A stretch of 64,000 nt of DNA, taken from NCBI GenBank assembly GCA_051294905.1, contig CM119371.1:6450001-6514000 (forward strand). The letters run 5' to 3'. The notes under the pieces were generated by a model. That model had not been told where the DNA came from and did no database searches. It saw only the letters and a list, made by a program, of their open reading frames with translations. Origin of the DNA: Botryllus schlosseri. Its lineage: Eukaryota. This document shows positions 37,600-49,514 of this stretch, in pieces (position 1 is the stretch's first letter; each line of letters begins with the position of its first letter). The position numbers and the translations under genes are program-made.

Positions 37600-39450
37600 T
37601 AATGCAGCTCCCTATCGCTAAAGCAGACCTGGACCCCTACATAATTCTAGCTGTCTGATTACAGTCATTAGAGCGAAATGCCGGTAATTTAATTTTTCAT
37701 CTAATTTGTTCGCTATAATTATAATTCTAAATGAATATGTGAAATGTTTCTATGCTCTCATTTTTTTGACTTAATTTCAAGGTTCTTCGAAATTACTGCA
37801 GGAGAACTGTATAGTGCGACACAATTCAAGTTTGCTGTAAAAACATTCGGCCTTCACATGCTCATGAGAATCAATTCTGAATTATATGAACTGAACTAAC
37901 TTGATTCAATTTTCAAGTTTTTGCGAATTCAGAAATACTAATTCTGATCTTATATGGAAAGAAATGTGACGGCTTAGCTATAATTCAATTCTAGTCTATT
38001 TAGAAAAGCTGAAAGTTCTCTGGTTGTCCAAGACTGCCCTAAACCAATTATAAATACCCCATGACTTCGACTAATTTGTGGGGAGCACTGATTGGTGATG
38101 GATATCAAGTAGGTATGAATAGGAAAAGGCTCGGAGATATTGACTTGATCCCAGCACTGGCTACAAAGGATGGTAAGACTGAACTTCAAGATTTTAGCAC
38201 ACTTTACACAGTCATTGAGAAAATAATAATAAAAATGCAAACAATCAAACAGCAAATATGCTACAACTACGAGAATATACAAACTGTCTGTCACAACACA
38301 ATATCAGGTTTTATCTAACATGATATTTTGAAGGTATCATTGGATATCCTTCCTAAAGTTCATTGTACATGTCATTTATTTACATGATAAAGGCCGAGGT
38401 GGGTGTCTGACTGAAGGATTGCTCCTATAGTAGTTCCGCCACCCTCGTATCTTTTCAGTATATCGCAAATTTGTGGTGTATTTTAATAAATGATTATGAT
38501 GACAATGTCGGAATATGATTATCACAAAAAATGGGCAGGTTCCAGCAAAAGTATATATGGGTGAGGCCTCCGTGAGCCATACGTCTGTTTGATAGGCGAC
38601 CTTCTGAAATCACGATCACTTGAATTTTATATAAAGCTCAAGACTTGTAGATTGCAGGAACTACAATTCTAGTTAGTTGATGGTCAACTGATTACGGATT
38701 TTACTGAATAAAGTCTAGTTCTAATCGAGACTCAGTAATTCTAGTTCCACTTCAAGTTGCGTATTTTCAAAATCCCGTGCTCAGTTAATTAGTACGTAGG
38801 CTACATGTCTGGAAAGCACTATTATCCCAATGCAAAATACACCACATACTAAATTATCTGAATGAGCCTGACTACAGTACTGACTGACAAATTCCCACAA
38901 CATCTGTGCTAAAGTCCAAAGCTTAGCTAATAATGCCACAATTGAACAATGGAGCAACCAAGAAGCAAGGCACGGTGGTAAAGCTTCCGAAAGCGCCGTA
39001 TTTCTAATTGACTGCCGGGCACAGACACACCTCCATCACACCCATTCACTAAGCGTAAAACGGCCTGGTTATAAACTCGGCTCGACAGTCGACAAACATC
39101 ACTTTCGAAAGCGATACGAATGGGGCAACTCTAAACGGCGGACCGCGGAAAAGCAGAACATGTAATACTAAACGATGGACCAAGCGGAGCTGCGGAGTGC
39201 GGACCGAGCGGGCCATAAGAAAAAAGCTCAATACTAAACGGCGGAACGAGCGGACCGCGGAACTAGTGGAACTTGCAATACTAAACGGCGGACCGAGCGG
39301 AACTGCGGAGTGCGGACCGAGCGGACCGTAACAAAATAGCTCAATACTAAACAGCGGAACTTGCAATACTAAACGGCGGACCGAGCGAACCACTACAAAG
39401 ACCACAATGTAAACAGCGGACCGTGGCTCAGGCGCAACTCGCAAATGTCG
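37600..39450. repeat. Left arm of a diverged inverted duplication
   Basis: Blocks 37610-37710, 38130-38270, 38800-38940 and 39120-39425 match, in reverse-complement order, 43290-43370, 42550-42660, 41585-41735 and 41380-41560. Confidence 0.75.
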
Positions 39451-40619
39451 CAATACTCCTAATTTCTGAAAGGGTGCCTTTCATTTTGGCAATAAGGAGC
39501 AAACAGAACATAAGGACATGGTGTATAGGGTAACTATGGGGTGTCTTCAAGTGTGGCAACGTAGTACCAACACCCCCAAACATACCCCAGACAGGTTGCA
39601 ATGCAGTACGACCACACCTCAAACATGATGTCCGGGTTGTACCACAGTACGAACACACCCCAAAAATTCCCCTGACATGATGTCCTGGTTGCAATGCAGT
39701 ATTCTACTAACACACCACAGACATGGTATATATCAGTGGTTCCAAACCTTTTTCGACTCATCGCCCCCTTTTGAAGCTCCACGCCGATCATCGCCCCCCA
39801 AATATTGCGAACCGAAAAATGGGCATACAAACTGGTATCACTGGCGAGTTGACTAATAAAAAAAGGTCAACTTTTCGGCTCGAACTCGATATTACACTTT
39901 TACAGCTAAATTTTCATGATTTGACTAAAAAAAGTGATTTTTTCGACTTCACTCCAATCAGGACCGTAACAACACTTCGTCAGTCCCACCCCCCCAAAAA
40001 ACGTTGGTCTTGGGCCCCCAAAGGGTGATAAACCAAACCCAAGACCCAAGGATAGGTGATCCAACAAAATGACTATCAGTCTTAGGCAGTTGTGAGGAGT
40101 TCTAAGGCAGTGTGGGACATGAAAATGGTGTCCTGAACTGACAATACTTTCTATAGTGAGGTCATGTAGCACTCCAACCGCAATAGCTACATAAAACCAG
40201 CTTATATATGACGTTTTACTAGCCTAGTCCGAATAGCGACAGTCAAATTTTGGGCGAATCCCCTATTTTTAGCCGATATTCTTCCAGCTCAATGAGCACA
40301 CGGATGCAAGGGATGAATTACGAAAAAAATACCTAGAATATGTTTTTATGGTATAAGGCATGGGAATCGGACTGAAAACCACGACATTTTGAAAGTCGAT
40401 CAATTCTGAACAGCCCTAATGAGCATACATTACAAGCACTTTTTCGCCTTCTCGGCATTTGGCAAGGTCACCGACGTGGTGCTTATGGGGACTAGAGTGA
40501 AAACTCAACACTGTAGTTGTATTACTACAATATGATATATTTACATTTTACCTAAATTTGCTGTCTTGAGTGAATCTTATTACATGAAAGTATATTTTTC
40601 TTACTAGAAATATCTCTAA

Positions 40620-40992
40620 CAGCTGAAGGATTGCGCGAAAATTGGTAGGGACCAAATACATTCTGTGGACCCAGTTCTACCATTACAAGTCAAGGAAAGG
40701 CTGGTGTGTGCTCGCTTTTAGCGAAGCGCATAGAAAAAGTATCAACAGCGCCACGCATCTCTGGAGCCCTACGCAACAAGCGGGCTAAGGCAATCCATAT
40801 CATAACAATCTGACATATCCAATGTAGACTACTTAGACGTAGCCTACATACCTCTATCAGCTGAAGGATATTGCGCGAATATTGGTAGGGCCCTAATACA
40901 TTCCGTGGACCCAGTTCTACCCTTACAAGTCAAGGAAAGGCTGGTGTGTGCTCACATTGTACCGAAACGCAGAGAAAAAGTATCAACAGCGC
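40620..40992 (+). repeat. Direct repeat of about 130 bp (40620-40750 and 40858-40992)
   Basis: CAGCTGAAGGA..GTGGACCCAGTTCTAC..CAAGTCAAGGAAAGGCTGGTGTGTGCTC..GAAAAAGTATCAACAGCGC occurs twice. Confidence 0.9.
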
Positions 40993-41369
40993 AGCGTTTC
41001 TCTGTGGCGCGGTTGCACATTGCTATTGCCGCGACGTCAGCTGATCCCACTCTCGCCGCTCGGCCGCATCCTTGCTCTTGAGCTAGTCTCTCGTTTCGCC
41101 AGACATCATTGTTGCGTCACACTGCCAATCTACTCGACAATGAATAATTTGGGGCAGATTGTGGGGGTTCCAGGGCCATGAGTGGAATAAAATTTATATT
41201 TTCGCAAGCAGTACAGCGTCAGCTTCCGATTGAAACCCGATTCATCAAATTAAATGCTCGGCCAAGTCGGTCAAAAATCACCGTCAAATTGCCTGTACCC
41301 AAATGGAAACTGTGACGTGATACAATTTCATTGAACCGTGCGATTTGCTTGTGTCGACACCAGATAGGA

Positions 41370-43370
41370 CACTATGATTGAGCTATTTTGGTATGGTCCG
41401 CCCGCTCGGTCCGCTGTTTAGTATTACATGTTCCGTGGTCCGCCGTTTAGTATTAAGCCATTTCGTTTTGGTCCGCTTGGTCCGCAGTTCTGCTTGGTCC
41501 GCCGTTTAGTATCGCAAGTTCCACTAGTTCCGCAGTCCGCTCGTTCCGCCATTTTGAGTTGCCCGACGAATGCGCTCGATGCGTGTAGTAATGGCTGTAG
41601 GCAAGGTTTGGAAATTAGCACAGACATTGGTATGTGGGTATTATGGGAAGTTGTCAGTAAATAGTAGTCAGGCTGATCTTGATAGCTTGTTGTGGAACGT
41701 TTTGCATTGTGATACAGTGCTTTCCAGTCGTGTACCAAGACAATCTGGTACTGTGCCTGTTTGCCTGTTATTCCACTGCATCACAAGAATGTAATCTAGT
41801 CAGCTGACTCAGCGTTTATGTACGGTACACTGCATTAACTCTAGATTGAATCAACAGTCAATTGAATATGCTATATGGGATCAACAATTCGGAACATTGT
41901 TCCTGATAGTATGATATTATCAAAGTTCTGGCTGGGCACGGATTAAAAATACCATATCTTGAATATCTTAATTCCTGCCAGGTACAGTGTTCCATGCTTT
42001 TGCCTCTGATTAGTGATGTCAACATTATATTGCTATGACTAGCACGTTGACACGACTGCTGTCTTGTTATTTATTTGTGTTTCTTCTATTACGGTAACAT
42101 GAGTGCACTGTGTCACTCCACTGTTATGTTTAGATGAGTAATACGGTCTTTACAGGTTATATCATCATCTTCATTCATATTCATTTATCTGTGATGAGTG
42201 TTAAATTGCCATCTGTCTGTTTACTGGCTTTTCAAAATCCGCAACTAGAACTACTCACTTTGAAATGCCGCAACTAGAACTGGAATAAGAACTGCCTAAA
42301 ACATAAATCAGTTTCCGTCAACTAACCAGGATGGTTGTTCGTACAAGTCTGGCACATTCTGTAGAGTTACAATGAACACGATTATAAAATAACAGCGATT
42401 TATTGTTTATGCTGGCCTGATATACTTTTGACGCAATCAGCCGATTCTGTGTGATGTTTTCGAGCAGTGATATCTTAAGACCTTTGGAATACAATGCACG
42501 GTGCAATCGGATTTTGTAATTTGAGAGATAGTTTTTCATGTTATCGTACCAGTAGGCCACCATATTTTGCTTGTTTATTTTGTAATTTGTGTGGGTATGG
42601 CAGAGTGTTGATAGTTAGTCCTGCTATCAGTTGTCGACATAGCATTGGGATCAAGTCAAAAGTCATTTCGAGTCACTGCTATTTTGAACTCAATTTGTGT
42701 TTGCCATTAAGAAAATTTTCAGTCAAAAGTCACGAGTCAAGTCACAAAAATGATAATTTCACTGACAGTCTTCAGCAATTCATCGGTATGCCCCTGACAT
42801 TGAGAAGTGTTCTCCCTGATCACTAATCGGTGTCTGCCGTGTTTCCGGCCAAAATACAGTGACTTTTGAATTTGTAACTCGCTACACGAAATATGTGTTA
42901 CTATCACAATCTTGTGTGGCAATCGGAAATGCTGTATTGTTTTTAAAGAAATTCGAAAAGGTGCATTGTATGTTCACAACGTGATTTCGACGACTAGAAA
43001 ATTTAAGGCTTTTCCCAATGAGATTAAAATCAGAAATATACTAACAGTTATATCCAAATTTGACTAGAATTAGAATGTCTGACTTTGAAAAAAAATTAGT
43101 AGCCTAATGGAATTGAATCAAACTGCAACCATAATCAAGTTCAGTTCATACCAAATCAAGAGTTCAGGCACGAGAATGGCTAACGTCTGTACACTAAGCT
43201 TGCCTCGTTCCGCATGATACATTTCTCCTGTAGTATTTTCAAGAAAACCAGACATTAGATGGGAATTAAAATAAGATGATACAAACATATTTTACAAATT
43301 AGATAAGAACTATATTACCGGCTTTTTTCTCCAATTAGTCAACTAGAATAATGTAGCTATCCGAGTCTGT
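41370..43370. repeat. Right arm of the diverged inverted duplication
   Basis: For example, the reverse complement of 41660-41735 (CTGGAAAGCACTGTATCACAATGCAAAA..AGCCTGACTAC) matches 38809-38872 (CTGGAAAGCACTATTATCCCAATGCAAAA..AGCCTGACTAC). Confidence 0.75.
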
Positions 43371-44487
43371 TCTCAAGATCACACCAACGGCCACTCACTC
43401 GACGAGATACACGCCAGAAATTGTCATGTCAACTGCGAGAAATGTCCGGGTGTAGTGAGTATAGCTGAAATAGTGAAAAGTCTTTCAATCCCACAAAACA
43501 CCATACGTGTCGGTATGTTCATAGGGAACACTAATTAGTCGCAGTCGCTGAATTAATTATTGTTCCGTAAAGTTTGCATCTCAGTCCGGTGTCAGGAAGT
43601 ATTGATGTTCGTCTCACATTTTGTTTGGGTAAAGTCACATTGTGATTTGTATTATACACCAACATAGAGCTGTTTGATTACTGTCTTTTTATCGTTGGTT
43701 CATATATTCATTTATTTATACTGTACAAATGTCATTAGCGTGTCTGGGTACAATGGTTCGAGTACCCGAATCCTAATCGGGTATTTTGGTAATGATTCGA
43801 AGTCAAGTAGTGAAAGATCATTTTTCAAGTACAGTAATCGTACACTCCTTGATATTAATAGATATATTATCACTACCATATATAGCTGATTCTATTTGTT
43901 GTGAGTAAAGCAATCAGTCATTGTGAGCTAAATTTTCTTCTGAAAATGCAAACACTTCCTTGTCATGTATCTATCTAATTAGGAGAGCTATTGCTATTTG
44001 AAAATTGGGTTGATATTTCCATGCTGCTAAGATAACGCTCGTTGTTTACCAATACAAGTGCCACTGTGATAGTAGGTATGTAGGTAGGACGTACATCTCA
44101 AAGATTGTTTAAGCGTATTAAGCAGCATATCCCAAAATTGATTCGGTCAAAAGCATGCGTAAATACTCGCACGGAGCTTACACGTCAGTGCGAATTGACT
44201 GCCAAAATAGACTGCTATGACGGTTACCAAGCATATGTTTCGTCAATCGGTCAGCATTTGATTGAAAATCTCGCCTGTGCACAGCACTATGATGACAATA
44301 TGTTCACTGTCATTGCGCGTGGTAGGTCTTTGTTTCATCTAAAAGTGCTGGAGTCTACTATTATTCAGTTGAACAAACCTATTCTATGTAGACAAAAAGA
44401 TTTCCTCTATAACCTACAAATTTCTCATTAGTGCATGTGTTTTGTGCGTGTAACTGTTTATTTACGAATTGCATTGCTACTATAGTA

Positions 44488-45130
44488 CGATTTCCAGTAA
44501 ACTCGGCCCCCGGTCACTTCGACCGTCGGTGAATTCGGCCAGGGCCAGAGTAACAATAAAAGTTACAATACCATTACCTAACCTGAACCCTAATCCTAAC
44601 CCTAAACCTAACCCCTAACCTCGAAATCACTTGATAATATTATAATTATGTAATCTAATACACATAATTAGTTCGTAATACAATTTCACACAAAGTTCTC
44701 CGAGGGCCGAATATACCGATTGAATTCGGCTGTCGGTAAATTCCGCCCCGTAAACATCGGCATATATATATACATATACATATTTATACGCATACCCTGT
44801 TCTCCAAATCACTTGATAATAATATAATTATGAAATTACATCACATTAATAGTTTTATTATAAAAAATTCTCCGAGGAACGAATTGACCGAGTGAATTCG
44901 GCCGTCGGTAAATTCGGTCCCCGTGAATATCCGCGCTATCTCCCGTGATTACGCGATCTACGCATACCCTGACATCCAAATCAGTTAATAATAATATAAT
45001 TATGTAATTAATTCATGTTAACGGTTGGTAATACATTTTAATACAGTATTCTCGGAGGGCCGAATTTACTGATGTCATGGGCCGAATTTATCTGGCTGAA
45101 TTTTCCGCGGGCCGAGTTTACTGGCAACCC
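44488..45130. mobile_element. MITE with telomere-like hexamers inserted in the Penelope-like element
   Basis: TIR core CCAGTAAACTCGGCCC at both ends and TSD TATAGTA(C). (CCCTAA)-like tract at 44575-44620. The copy at about 7175-7190 shows the empty site. Confidence 0.85.
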
Positions 45131-45279
45131 TATAGTACTGTATGTCCGTATACTTCATATTTTGTTATTCTGCCATTAGTACAATGCAAATTTCAGTGTT
45201 TGTGATTTTGATTGTTGCGTCATACTTTGCCTTCTTGGTTTTGGTTTTAAATCTGTTTAAATCCCTTTAGTGTGCCGTT

Positions 45280-45316
45280 AACTCTTGAAAAGAGGCACCT
45301 GAAAAGTCTTTGAGTT
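45280..45316 (+). ncRNA. Atypical minimal hammerhead ribozyme motif (U3-A8 variant)
   Basis: AACUC-UUGAAAA-GAGGCACCU-GAAA-AGUCU-UU-GAGUU, in the 3' region of the Penelope-like element. Confidence 0.55.
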
Positions 45317-46209
45317 AATAAATAGTATTATACAATGGATATTGTATTGAAATAGCTTACAGGCGAAAATCTTACAAAAAAACAATTTTGATTTGAAATA
45401 TATCAGTAATATTATCTTCCAACTGATTAATTGAAATTTAGAATAGGTGGTTGACGTAAAACTGATTGAATTAATGCCACGTTATTTGAGTATATAGGTG
45501 AATACTTATGTACATGATTGGAGTTTATTTATGTACATGATGATATCCTTGGAAATCTGTAACTATGATGAATCTATTACCCCTAAATATAGTGATGTTG
45601 CTGTATTGTGATTTAAAATAGTCTTCTGCGTGTAAAAATAACAAGTAAATTGATTTTCTAAACTTGATAGTACGACTGAGCCGATTTTATATCAGGTCAT
45701 TACCGCGAAAATGGGAGATTTTGGTCAAAATAGCCCCATGGGTTATCTCCACAACAATAGCCAATTTGAAAAAAACCAAGGTCATATTTGGAATCAGTGC
45801 CCTTCAGAACCCCCAAAACCACTCTTACGTTTGTCTGCCTAAAAATGTGTTGACCAGTGTAATATTTTTGTAATTTTGACGCTGTTGTTTATGCACAGTT
45901 GATTTTGGTGCACCAGTATTCTATAATAATTCATCAGTTGTGTAACGTGATAGATTTTGGTGTTCGTGATTATGCAAAATTTGTGATTTGCTGAAGGCTT
46001 GCAGATTATCGTATGGGGTATTGCTATTTATTACACTGGTCCGTTTTTGCTAATACCTCCTGTATTTTAGACCGGGTTGCTATAATATAGGAATTATATT
46101 ACCATGTAATAGCTCATTCCAAGCTATCGTTGAATACTCGTTTTCAAGCAGAGAGCGTTTGATGTGTGATGCTTGAAGAAGTAAAGTAATATACAGATAA
46201 TCCAGAAGA

Positions 46210-47637
46210 ATGACAAGGAAGATGTGCTGGATCTGTGGAAAGAACATCCATTGTAAGGACGGATTGAAAGCTCACTTGGGATTCCACCATATAGACAGAA
46301 ATACCGAATGTGAGATCTGCGGAAAAACCTTTGCTGCAATCACTTTATTGAAAAAACATTTAATATCGCACACTTATTTGAAAAATCATGAACGCAAGGG
46401 CATTGGCAAAGGGTATAATCCGATCGGTCACTTGAAAAGACATGCGGATACACGTACTGTTCACCTTGGAGTCAAAAACCACGACTGTGACATCTGTGGA
46501 AAGTCGTTTGTGCGGGTTGGCGACCTGAAAATGCATGGAAATATACATACTGGAAGATATGCATGTCAGATCTGCGGAAAAGCGTTTGCTCGGATCGGAG
46601 ACTTGAAAACACATGAAAATACACATACTGGAGTCAAAAACCATGACTGTCAGATCTGTGGAAAAGCGTTTATCCATCTTGGTAACTTAAAACAACATGA
46701 AAATACACATACTGGAGTCAAAAACCATGCATGTCAGATATGCACAAAAGCGTTTACCCAGCTTCGTGGCTTGAAAAGACATGAAAATACACATACTGGA
46801 GTCAAAAACTATGCATGTGAGATCTGCGGAAAAGCGTTTGCTCAGATCGGCCACTTGAAGACACATGAGAATACACATACTGGAATCAAAAACTATAAGT
46901 GTCAGATCTGCGGCAAAGTTTTTGCCCGGCTTGGTGACTTGAAAAGACATGGGAATACACATGCTGGAGTCAAAAACTATGCATGTCAGGTCTGCGGAAA
47001 AGCGTTTACCCAGCTTGGTGACTTAAAAAGACATGGGAATACACATACTGGAGTCAAAAACTATGGATGTCAGGTCTGCGGAAAAGCGTTTACCCAGCTT
47101 GGTCACTTGAAAGATCATGGAAATACACATACTGGAGTCAAAAACTATGAGTGTCAGATCTGTGGAAAAGCGTTTATCCATCTTGGTAACTTAAAACGAC
47201 ATGAAAATACACATACTGGAGTCAAAAACTATGCATGTCAGATCTGCGGAAAACTTTTTGCCCGGCTTGGTGACTTAAAAAGACATGGAGATGCACATAC
47301 TGGAGTCAAAAACTATGCATGTCAGATTTGCGGAAAAGCGTTTACCCTGCCTGGTTACTTAAAAAGACATGGAAATACTCATACTGAAGTCAAAAACTAT
47401 GCATGTCAGATCTGCGGAAAAGCGTTTACCCGTCTTGGTAACTTGAAACAACATGAAAATACACATACTGGAGTCGGAAACTATGCATGTCAGATATGCG
47501 GAAAAGCGTTTACCCGGCTTCGTGACTTGAAAACGCATGAGAATACACATACTGGAGTCAAAAACTATGCATGTCAGATCGGCAGAAATGTTTTTTCCCA
47601 GCTTGGTGACCACAAAAACCATGGACATACACATTAG
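46210..47637 (+). CDS. Tandem C2H2 zinc-finger protein C (15 intact fingers)
   Basis: Open 475-aa frame with an ATG start. Homogeneous 84-bp repeats encode CQICGKAF..LG.LK.H.NTH-TGVKNY. A candidate acceptor (ATACAG) lies just upstream and decayed fingers follow the stop. Confidence 0.9.
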   Translation: MTRKMCWICGKNIHCKDGLKAHLGFHHIDRNTECEICGKTFAAITLLKKHLISHTYLKNHERKGIGKGYNPIGHLKRHADTRTVHLGVKNHDCDICGKSFVRVGDLKMHGNIHTGRYACQICGKAFARIGDLKTHENTHTGVKNHDCQICGKAFIHLGNLKQHENTHTGVKNHACQICTKAFTQLRGLKRHENTHTGVKNYACEICGKAFAQIGHLKTHENTHTGIKNYKCQICGKVFARLGDLKRHGNTHAGVKNYACQVCGKAFTQLGDLKRHGNTHTGVKNYGCQVCGKAFTQLGHLKDHGNTHTGVKNYECQICGKAFIHLGNLKRHENTHTGVKNYACQICGKLFARLGDLKRHGDAHTGVKNYACQICGKAFTLPGYLKRHGNTHTEVKNYACQICGKAFTRLGNLKQHENTHTGVGNYACQICGKAFTRLRDLKTHENTHTGVKNYACQIGRNVFSQLGDHKNHGHTH

Positions 47638-47987
47638 GGACTCAAAAATTTGCATGGCAGACATGCGGAAAAGCGTTTACCCACCTTGGCGCCTTGGAAA
47701 GAGATGGAAATACACATACAGGAGAATAGCGGAACGCATGTCTTTTTCTTCTCACAAAGATGATCTCGAACATGATGCAGTGATATTGACAGAAATACCA
47801 AAATATGCTGTTACTTAGAGTGGACGTCTATTCACTCTGCTATCATATCAAGAGTATTGACAATACGATTTAATATTGCGATCAAATCTCTACGAGTACT
47901 CAACACATATATCTTTGAATCACCTTTACGGCTAAATGTTTAATGTGTCGGGTGTGTGTAAAAATGGCGGTGGACTTGTATCTCAGT

Positions 47988-48586
47988 AAGCCCATTTACA
48001 TGGTCAAGTCGTCTTGAAGCCAAGTCGTCTTGGAGTGACGTCATGAGACGGCTTGCCAAATTGATCGAGTTTACATAGTGTACAACATGGTCATGTTTAT
48101 CGCAGCTCGAGTGATACACAGCACTTTGGGATTCAGCTCGGGAATATGCTACGGCAGTTGAGAGATCCAGAAATACTTCAATACAATTCTAGAATGACCA
48201 AATACACCGTGTATACATTCTTTCTGATAGTGAGTTGGGCAAGTTATATTGTTGGCTGTACTCGCTTCATAAGTTGTGACGCTGAACAAATAAGACCACG
48301 TGCATATTATAAAAGCAGTATCATGTACTGATAGAGCTTTCATATTCACCCAGTTGAAATACGTCCCGGTCTCGTGAAATATGAACATGAAATGTTGGTA
48401 TGTTGCTGTAGTCTGGATTCGTTTTCAAGTACCGGTACTGTTCAAGTCGTCTCCAAGCGACTCTGCGGAACGGATTGAGCTCAAGACGGATTGAAGCCGT
48501 CTGCCTTTTTCTCTTTTTCAAAAACGAGAGAGTTGGATTGACGAGTCAGCTTCGAAGCTGACCCAAACGGCCATGTAAATGGGCTT
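47988..48586. mobile_element. PIF/Harbinger-like MITE
   Basis: TIR AAGCCCATTTACATGG / CCATGTAAATGGGCTT with flanks AGT / ATT. Same family as 13929-17419. Confidence 0.8.
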
Positions 48587-48710
48587 ATTGTTATTGAGAC
48601 TCTTGCACATATCCATTTATTACTGCCACAACAAATTTCTGTATATGTTGTTTTTCTCATTTGATTTTTTTCAGTTTCAAAATGTTTCTCCTAGCTTCAT
48701 ATTTTAATTA

Positions 48711-49514
48711 CCGTAATTTTCCGAATATAGTGCGCCCCCATGTATAATACGCACCCTTAAACTGGCGTTTAAATTCTGGGGAAAAGCCTGTACCCATGTA
48801 TAGTACGCACCCTGCATTCGCAGTACACGAATAGTTATGTTTTAGTATTCGATGTCATTCTGTTTTGCGATGTCACTGTTGAACAATCATGACATAACCA
48901 TCGCTAATCATTATACACTTAACGGCATTGTCTCTAACGATGATAGCAGCCAATGCCTGCGAGGCCCGCGAAGCGATAGTTCAGGCCAGGACGATATCTT
49001 GCGCACAAGGCCTACTGTAGATGCGACTGTTCAGGCAAACGGTTATGTCGTGCGCATTAGGCCTGTTGGAGATGCGACTAGTGGGTAGGCCAGCGGTTAC
49101 GTCTTGCGCACATGGCGTGCTGTTAATGCGATTGTTCAGGCCTGTAGTTGACGCGATCAATTAGCGAGAATTGCTGCGTGCGGGTGCAGCAATCCGGTGA
49201 CCTAATTTCGCTCGCGTACAAACGGCAACCAACTCACCAGGAGATCGCTTGCTGTTGCACAGCGGAACAGCGCAGACGCTAATCGGCAACAGGCTTCTCG
49301 CTAATTGGCAGCGCGTACCACTGATAATACTAATTACCGGGTATGTTGGCTGAATGTGTTGCGCGATTAAAACAAACATGAAGAAAGGGAGATTTCAAGT
49401 TATGTTTAGAGGTAGATTATTTTCAAGGCTTTTTGTACCCATACATAATACGCACTCCCGATTTTAGGCCAAAAATTCGGGAAAATTTTGCGCATTATAC
49501 ATGGAAAATTACGG
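48711..49514. mobile_element. Tc1/mariner (pogo-like) MITE
   Basis: TA|CCGTAATTTTCC...GGAAAATTACGG|TA. It has an internal degenerate tandem repeat of about 50 bp at 48985-49150. Confidence 0.85.

Larger units (their letters stand above)
44035..45355 (+). mobile_element. 5'-truncated Penelope-like retroelement: GIY-YIG endonuclease plus 3' pLTR
   Basis: VVYQYKCHCDSRYVGRT, then a frameshift, then QRLFKRIKQH...SSIGQHL...LKVLESTIIQLNKPILCRQK* (stop at 44431). A second copy lies at 6955-7446. Confidence 0.85.

Noticed and set aside
39049..39453. 134-aa minus-strand ORF
   Set aside because: It arises from a GC-rich tandem repeat array and shows no domain signature.
44575..44620. True telomere or chromosome fusion site
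   Set aside because: It is short, degenerate and internal to a MITE.
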